Shown: positions 56,812-64,000 of the stretch, in pieces
Layout: the number at the start of each line of letters is the position of its first letter
How positions within the stretch are numbered: position 1 is the first letter of the stretch
Assembly (NCBI RefSeq): GCF_036971445.1
Contig: NC_091478.1
Coordinates: forward strand, 95,418,001-95,482,000
DNA: 64,000 nt
Direction of reading: 5' to 3'
DNA from: Narcine bancroftii
Taxonomy: Eukaryota
Notes under the pieces: model-generated
The model's input: only the letters and a program-made list of their open reading frames with translations
Databases searched by the model: none
What the model was told of the DNA's origin: nothing
Program-made: the position numbers and the translations under genes

Positions 56812-57372
56812 AGATATATACTCATGTAAAAGTCAGTCTTATGTAAAAGTTGACCCCTATTTTTGGACAAAAAAATGGAATTTTCCATATACCCTGTAAA
56901 AGTCAACTCTAGTCTCTCACCTTGGCCCCAGCTATGCACAGGCCAGAGCTCCAGAAGCCTTGAACGCAGAATCTCAACTGCCCTTTGGAGCTCCTGATGC
57001 CTTATGTGTGGACTTGCACCTCAGTCCTGGCTGCCCACAGGCCAGAGCTCCCAATACCTCAAACATTGACTCATTCCTTGGCCCCGATCACAAGCCAATC
57101 GGGACTACTGACAACGCAGATATCTACCGCAGTCCCAGCCTTCACTGCTAGGAAGCATTTTTTGATGTGCAGACTATTATTAATTTAATTCATTGTGTTT
57201 TTGTTTTTTATTTGTTTAGAGATCATTTGAACTTCCACTACTGATGTTGCATTTTGGATTCTAGTGTGAATTTCAGCCTCTCAAAAGTAGTATCCATGTA
57301 ATAGTTGACCCCATAAATTTAACATTAAAAAATGGTCTATAAAATTTGTCTTTTGCACAAGTCTATGTGGTA
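56812..57372. mobile_element. Degenerate Tc1/pogo (Tigger-like) MITE
   Basis: Left end tatatactcatgtaaaagtc...gttgacccc; right end gttgacccc...cacaagtctatgtggta; both resemble CCGTATATACTCG-type TIRs. Confidence 0.4.
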
Positions 57373-57899
57373 TATTGGTGGCAAGACTAACTGTGCAAAA
57401 TCCTTATTCCTCGACTCCACAAGTTGATGTTTGGTTTATTTTGGACTCTACAGTAATACTAGTAAAGCACATGAACTTCTGTAGCTTGAGAGTATTCACT
57501 TCAGAGGTGTATGTTCATCATTACCTTTCATCTTGATTGATGGTGTTTACTCTGGTCTCTTTCATTGTTCGTTGGAGATCTGGTGTAAGAAGAACTTGGG
57601 CAATATTGGTGGGATGCCCCACTGGGCTTTACAGCCTTTCAAGTACTCTGAAGCGATAGGGAACAAGTTAGCTACAAACTGATCCCATCACTGTGTGATC
57701 ATAGAATAAACAACAGATTATTGGAAAAACTCAGCAGACCAAGCAGCATCTGTGGAGGCAAAACGTGGATATTGATGTGTCCATTTACGATCCTGCGTGT
57801 GGGCCTGAACTATTGAGCACCTTTGGTGCTTGATTTGGTGAAAACTTCAATGTTCTTTTTCGGCATCTGCAGTCACTGAACTGACCCGATGGTGATGTG

Positions 57900-58231
57900 C
57901 AATGTTCCCTCTAATTTTTAGTAGTCAGTGTGTACAAAAATCTTTCTTTTCCTGTGACAAAAATATGTGCACACTGAATGTGTAAATGTAAACATGAAAT
58001 TGTTTTGATCATTTTGGTACAGCCTATCTCTTGTAGCTAATGAAACTGTTTTGGCATGTTTTAATATAACATAAGTATGATTGCATTCTACAAAGTAATA
58101 TATTTAGTTAAGATTTTAAGGAATCATTATTTTAGGTAACTAACCTTTTGTGCGCACATAAATTTCCTTTGAGCTCTGGTTGCAAAATGTGTGTGCGTGT
58201 GCACACACTCGCCAGCTTAGAGGGAACAGCG
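57900..58231. mobile_element. hAT-like MITE with target-site duplication
   Basis: TIRs caatgttccctctaa / ttagagggaacagcg; flanks ggtgatgtg (57891-57899) / ggtaatgtg (58232-58240). Confidence 0.8.
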
Positions 58232-61200
58232 GGTAATGTGGAAAATATTGGCCTAAGGGGGCTCTAAGGATTGCTCACTCTCTGGGGAGGGGGAACCCTC
58301 ATGGAATGTTTTGGCTCTCCCAGGCATTATAGTTGGGGCTATTGATGTCTTGATATTCCGGACTGAAATGTTTTTTTATATATTTTTTGTTTTCTTTTCA
58401 AAAAATTACAGAGCTATTTTAAATATACAATATATTAAACATTTTCTCACAAACACAACAAACAAAAACAAAATACTCCCTCCCTCCTCCCCTTCCATAC
58501 ATCCAGATTAGTTCACTGTCAGAGCTTATATATATTTTGAGTGTATCAAGTACAGTTGGGGAAACTACGTTTTTATATTTATAATAGTTATTTTTATACC
58601 CATTTTTTGTTCCTTTTTATGACTGTATCTGGGACCCTATATATGACCCAGTCATATCTTGCTCCATTATTCAACTAGACCGTGGCCAACCTGTATTTCA
58701 GGTATGACTGCCAGAACTTTAAGTTATGAGATTATTTTTCCATAGGTATGCAGCTGTTCATTTCTGCAGTCCATCGTGCTATAAGTAGAAGGGAGTTGGA
58801 CTTCCATCTTTCCCTTTGACCTCTGGAACCCTGGTTTTGCACTTTCGCTCTTTTATAAATTTGGATGCATTTCCCATCCAAACTGTTCATTTTCACTAAT
58901 TTCAGGTGGGGTCACCATTGGTCCCCATCTTTCTCCAGACTGAAATGTTGATTTTTTTTTTCTCCCAGTGATATTGCTCTGATGGTCAAATTCCTTCAAC
59001 AGATTTTCTTTGCACCACATCCCAGCATTTGCAGTCTCTTGTGTGTCGCTGTGAATGTTTCATCTGAAAGGTGGTTTTCCTGGCGAAAGCACAGGTCAAT
59101 GAGCCTGGCAGAATTGATGCACTGAGAGCCACCATAGGCTTGACAAGCTTAATGGCCACTTCCTATGGCTTATTGATTTTATAAAGAATGTTGGTTTGAG
59201 ATTTCTGAAGAAAAACCTATATGTGGGGAGGATTAGTAAATTGGGTTGTTACTTAACAATGAAGGGTTAGGACAGGGGAATGACTTCATCAAGTTTTGAG
59301 AACTCTTTTGAAGGTGGAGCTGGGAACAGCAAATCAAAGGGGTTTAAACCATTGAGTTTTAGAATGAAAGATTGGGGGCTGGAAGGGTGGGGAGGGAAAT
59401 TAGGTTCATGCAGTTAGTGCTGGGGCAGACTGTATGGGGTGGGAAGGTTTTGGAGATGGAAATGAGTGGTGAGGATTTTTAATGTGATATAATGAGCTAG
59501 TGTAAATTAGCAAGGAAGTAGGTAATTGGGAAGTGTCCTGATTATGGGGTGGTAGATGTTCAGTGTTTATGGAGATTGCAAAATCTTGGAATGTCTTTTT
59601 GTGACTCTGAACTTGCTCCATTATTCAACTAGATCGAGGTCAACCTGTATTTCCTCTTTAGCTTCATGCCTTGCTGTTCGATCCCTCAATATTCTTCCTT
59701 TATTGGTCTGTCTGCATTGTGTTTTTACAAATACCATAGTATATCTGTTTAAGGTGAATGGAGGAACATTTAGGGGAGACGTCAGAGAGTGGTTTGTGCT
59801 TGAAATACATTGCCATGGGTGGTGGTGGTGGTGGAGGCTGATACAAATGGGAAGTTCAAAATACTCTTAGAGGGGCACATAGATAAAAGAAAAGTAGAGG
59901 GCTATGAGGTCAGGAAGGATTAGATTGTTGGGGAGAAGGTTTCCATAGATAAGCGCAATGTGGTGGATTGAAGGGCCTGTTCTAGATCGGGCAACGTTGG
60001 TGGACTGAAACCAACTGCACCATTTAAACACAAGAATTTTAGGGGCTGGAATCTTGAGTGTAGAAAAGAGAGAGAGAGACATAGTCAATGTTGGGGTGGG
60101 ACCCTTTATCAAGACTGACTTCTACCCAAAATGTTGACTGACTAGCTACACTGCAATACACTAAAGTGCTGGAGAAACTCAGCAGGCTACACAGCATTCA
60201 TAGGAAATAAAAGCCAATCAGTGTTTCGGGCCTGAGCTCTTTGTTAGGAATATGGAAATTGTTATTGCTTTTTACTTCCTATGGATACTGTCTAACCTGC
60301 TAAGTTTCTCTTGCCCATTAATGTATTGCACTTGACCCCAGCATCTGCAGATTTTCTTATTTAACTGTCTGTTAATGGATGAGGGCATTTCTTAAAACCC
60401 GGTCATAGATGGTCTCTTGTGGTTTGATTATTTTCTCCTGCAGTTGCAGGAACGTTACTGGTAATTGTGAAATATTCTCTTGTCTTGAATTTGTGAGATG
60501 TGGAAGTAACTCTGTGTGATGGTAACAAGGTGGGCAGGGCATTTTGAAATACCAGTGCTGTTTCTGCAGCTGTCATTTACTGATAAAATGGTTAATGTTC
60601 CTATTGAGTGATCTAGTACCTGGAGTGCAGCAAATTTGTGCTAGAACTGTTGATTCCGCTCTATACTGTAGATTCAAACTTCCCTTGATGGTCCACTGGG
60701 TTGGTGAGATCACTGGGACCTTTGAAAGATTATGATTGTTTTTAAAGAAATAATGCTGTGGATAGCTTGCATTCTTTTGCTGAATTCAGGGTGGGTCAGT
60801 TAGAATCCTGGTTCATGTCTGATACGAGTCAGCATTTTATACACAATGGACCCTTCAGCCTGGGATGTTCCTGTAGATTCTTGCCAACAGAATCAATATT
60901 GATCTTTCTGAAGCTTTGGCCAGTCTATATTGTAGATGTATGGCAGAGTATTTGGGCCACTGTGTCCAGAGAAGGAGCTTTGAGGGTGGGATAATTCATA
61001 CATAAATACACCATTCATTCTCAATGTGGGCCATGGACTGAAATCATAAAATATTTTTTGTTCTTTATGTAATCGGTAGGAGAGAAGTATGGAAGAAATC
61101 AACTAAACTTGACTGCTTTACAAAGAAGGGACCCCATAAACTGAACAGAGTCCTAAGGGGGCCATAGCCAAAAATAAAGTTGAGAATGACTTAGCTCTTA

Positions 61201-61695
61201 GTCAGGAATATGATTGCTTTTTCATTCCTTTTCATCGAATACAACACAGAGTCAGAACGTTTTGGACCAACTATCCTGTGTTCCTTGTGAGCTTCCTCTC
61301 AGTCATCATGGAATTGTATTGGATTATGTCAGATGTGCAGCCCAAGCCAAGCCATCTCCATCTCCTGCCTTTCCTTGTCTAATCCTAACAGAGGAAACCT
61401 CTATTTCTTTCTCCCTCATTCTTGTCCAGCTTCTCTTTAATGTATCTGTACTAATGTCTTTAACTAGACCCTGTTGTAATTCATGTCATTCACTCTGGAG
61501 TCTAGTTTTTTTTTGAATATTGAATGGTGCAACACAGCAAAACCCCATGATATCTGAGCTAACCATGATGCTAATTTAAGATACATATCTGTCTGCCATG
61601 GTGTAAACCCCTCCATTTCCTGCCCGTTCATAAGCCGATTTAAATGCCTCTTAATCATTGTTATCATATCTGCTTCTACTACTTTTTCTGGCAAT

Positions 61696-61756
61696 GCAGC
61701 TGACGTGGACTTTTTACCCCCTCCATAAATCTTCGTCCGCGAAGCCAAGCCAAAGA
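61696..61756 (+). mobile_element. Extremely 5'-truncated (about 60 bp) RTE insertion inside a CR1 remnant
   Basis: Identical to the reverse complement of the RTE 3' end at 24736-24796. Confidence 0.85.
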
Positions 61757-62004
61757 CAAAGATTCCAGGCACCTATTACTCCTTATGTAAAATAAAACTT
61801 GCCACGCACAATTCCTTTCAGCTTTCTCCCTCTCACCTTAAAACTGTGCCCTGTATCAGTAGTTTCCCAAGTGCGAGCTTATCTCTTTTTGCTGTTTATT
61901 TCCTTTCTTTGCTGTTGTCTTCACTTTCAACGTTATGGAAATAGCCATGCTGCTTGAAGATGTAGCCTGATGTCCGTCACTGCAGCTTGAACATTGGTCA
62001 CTAG

Positions 62005-62618
62005 TGTTACGAGCACAGAGGACCCCAAAACCCAGCAGTGATAGAAATTCACCAAGACAGATGATACTTAATAATTATCTTTAAAAATAAAAACAGGATC
62101 AAACTCTAACTTATTACTATTAACTTACTTAACCTAACTTAACCCTCCTTCTAATTCTAAGTGCACATGTATGTAATGTGTGAATAAGTTTAGAAAAGTT
62201 CTTCCTCCAAGTTCACTGGTTGTAGGCAATTCTTATACTGTGCACAGAATTTAAGATTCATGAATTTCACCAGGCTTTGGCCCTTGAAAGGTAGATGGTT
62301 ACCACTCAGGAAGGTTCTTATCGGTTTTCAGAGAGAGATATTCCTTTTACTCAGCCAAGTCAGTGTCTTGCCGAAGAAACTTGCTCCCATCAGGGTTTTC
62401 CAGATGATAACCTTTTTCTTTCAGGACGCCACGGAGTTCTTTTGTTTCCCTTATTTCAAGTGAAACATTAGGCAGCCAGTCCTCTCCTCTTGTATGGACC
62501 ATAAGGGCTTTGACCAGGCTGAACTAAGAACTCACAACCCGTCTTCAAGATGGGTTTTTTCCAAACGTTTGCCAGCTTGTCCTGTTCCAGTGCCAGCTGC
62601 TGCTGCTGACTGTAGAAC

Positions 62619-62657
<39 letters not shown>

Positions 62658-62962
62658 AAAAGCCTGTTTGACTCCCTCTTTGCTTGCAAACTGCACTCAA
62701 ACAGTCTGCGCTCCGGACCTAATCCTTTGAGTTCTTTCATCTGTTGCTTTTCAAAACAGCAATTCATTAGTGAAGTCCCTTGGGCACTCTTCAAAGTTTT
62801 TGCAAAGGCACTCAGAGCCAGGCCTGTCTGGATTGAGCAGCGCTCCAGTATTTTAATGCGATCTCTTGTGAAGTGTTTGTATGTGACCTACACTAAAAAC
62901 CTGCCACAATTTATCTCCTTTAAAACATCTATATACAATCTAAAATATAACAATCTGTCACA
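62005..62962. mobile_element. Solo LTR (Gypsy-like), 958 bp
   Basis: Begins TGTTAC, ends GTCACA, flanked by 4-bp TSD CTAG (62001-62004 and 62963-62966); no internal coding region; contains (CT)n at about 62624-62654. Confidence 0.8.
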
Positions 62963-63129
62963 CTAGACATAATCAATTTAACTTCCTCCTGAGTTTTAGA
63001 GAATCATGACCCTGGTTTTGATAATTCATATTATTTATATTCCTCATCATCATTTGTTGTGCTTAATTGTTCATTAGACTTTTGCTGAGGTGATATTGCT
63101 GTGTAGTTGCATGCCCACCTTCTAATGTT

Positions 63130-64000
63130 CAGTTAGGAAAGTACTTTGGTGTTGTTAGAAAATAATAACTCCACGCTGTGAAGAAATATGAGTGGAGACA
63201 CATAGGAGGGTACAAAATGTTCACTGGGTGCTTGGTTTCTATGTCTCGGTATACAGGACAGGTGAGGTTGTACAATCTGTACTGTATAATCATTTGGTTC
63301 ACTGGATATGACCTTGAACCTGTAAACTTTTTCCAACAGTGTAACCAAGAATGAGGGAGTTCTGAAGAGTTGGAGGCTTTTTATCCCTGTGTTCCAGATT
63401 CTGTGGTGTATGATGGGGGTAGTTTCTATGTGTGGCATTTCACTGTTTGGGTGGGACAGAAGAGGCTCTTGTGGCAGTTGATATTAGGAGCCCAAATAGG
63501 CACTTCACTTATTTGACACTTTAAAAAAAAAATTCCAGGCAAGATTGGTTGTTGAGAAATGGAAGAGATATTTAATAGGCATGGTAAAGAGAAATTGTTT
63601 CCATTGGAAGGAGGATTAGTAAGAACAAATAAAGCTGAAATAGCAAAAGAACCACTTGTTTTAAGTGGCATGTTTTGATCTGGAATGTGTTGCTTGAAAA
63701 AGTGATGGAAAGATGCGTCATAATTGAAAAAAAAATTGATGGGGAGGGGGATAAAAAGATTGGATTGGGGAATGACCATGGAAAGTGGGACTTTTGTGTA
63801 GCCATTCCAAAGAGACCATACCAATGCAAAGGGCTGGAGAGCCTCTATCAGTATGAGGGACCTGCAGTAAAAAGCAAGGTGGAAAGGGTAGATAAAAGGT
63901 GAGTAAAGTATTAAGCGGTTGCTCTGTTTAAGGTTGGATTACAGGAAGAAGCAATGTTGTCCGCTATTGGAAATGTAAAATTTGTAGCCGACAGTGTGGA
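63130..64000 (-). mobile_element. Old decayed L1-like ORF2 fragment
   Basis: Faint similarity to the L1 ORF2 C-terminal region, many stops. Confidence 0.4.

Overview
Vertebrate genomic DNA. The repeat content (dense CR1, L1, RTE and Rex-like LINE fragments, V-SINE-like pieces) suggests a cartilaginous fish, but that is inference. The left half holds exons 1-17 of glucose-6-phosphate isomerase (GPI) on the minus strand (ATG at 33956, exon 17 ending at 2705). All have canonical GT-AG splice sites and vertebrate exon sizes; exon 18 is not seen and probably lies left of the window. Head-to-head with GPI, about 610 bp away, is an intact two-exon gene for a 315-aa Myb/SANT-like (trihelix) protein. 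It sits behind a TTA + Harbinger-like terminal sequence and no transposase is visible, so it is a candidate domesticated or non-autonomous Harbinger gene. GPI intron 2 is almost entirely one TSD-bounded full-length L1. That L1 contains a second L1 with an apparent 3' transduction, a young CR1, and an RTE next to a local inversion. GPI intron 13 contains a splice-dead copy of the catalytic exon 13. The right half is repeat-rich, with a CpG-island promoter and probable non-coding first exon near 50 kb, a G-rich 28-bp minisatellite, a 77-bp inverted repeat pair, MITEs and a solo LTR. Most small ORFs in the supplied track are not genes.
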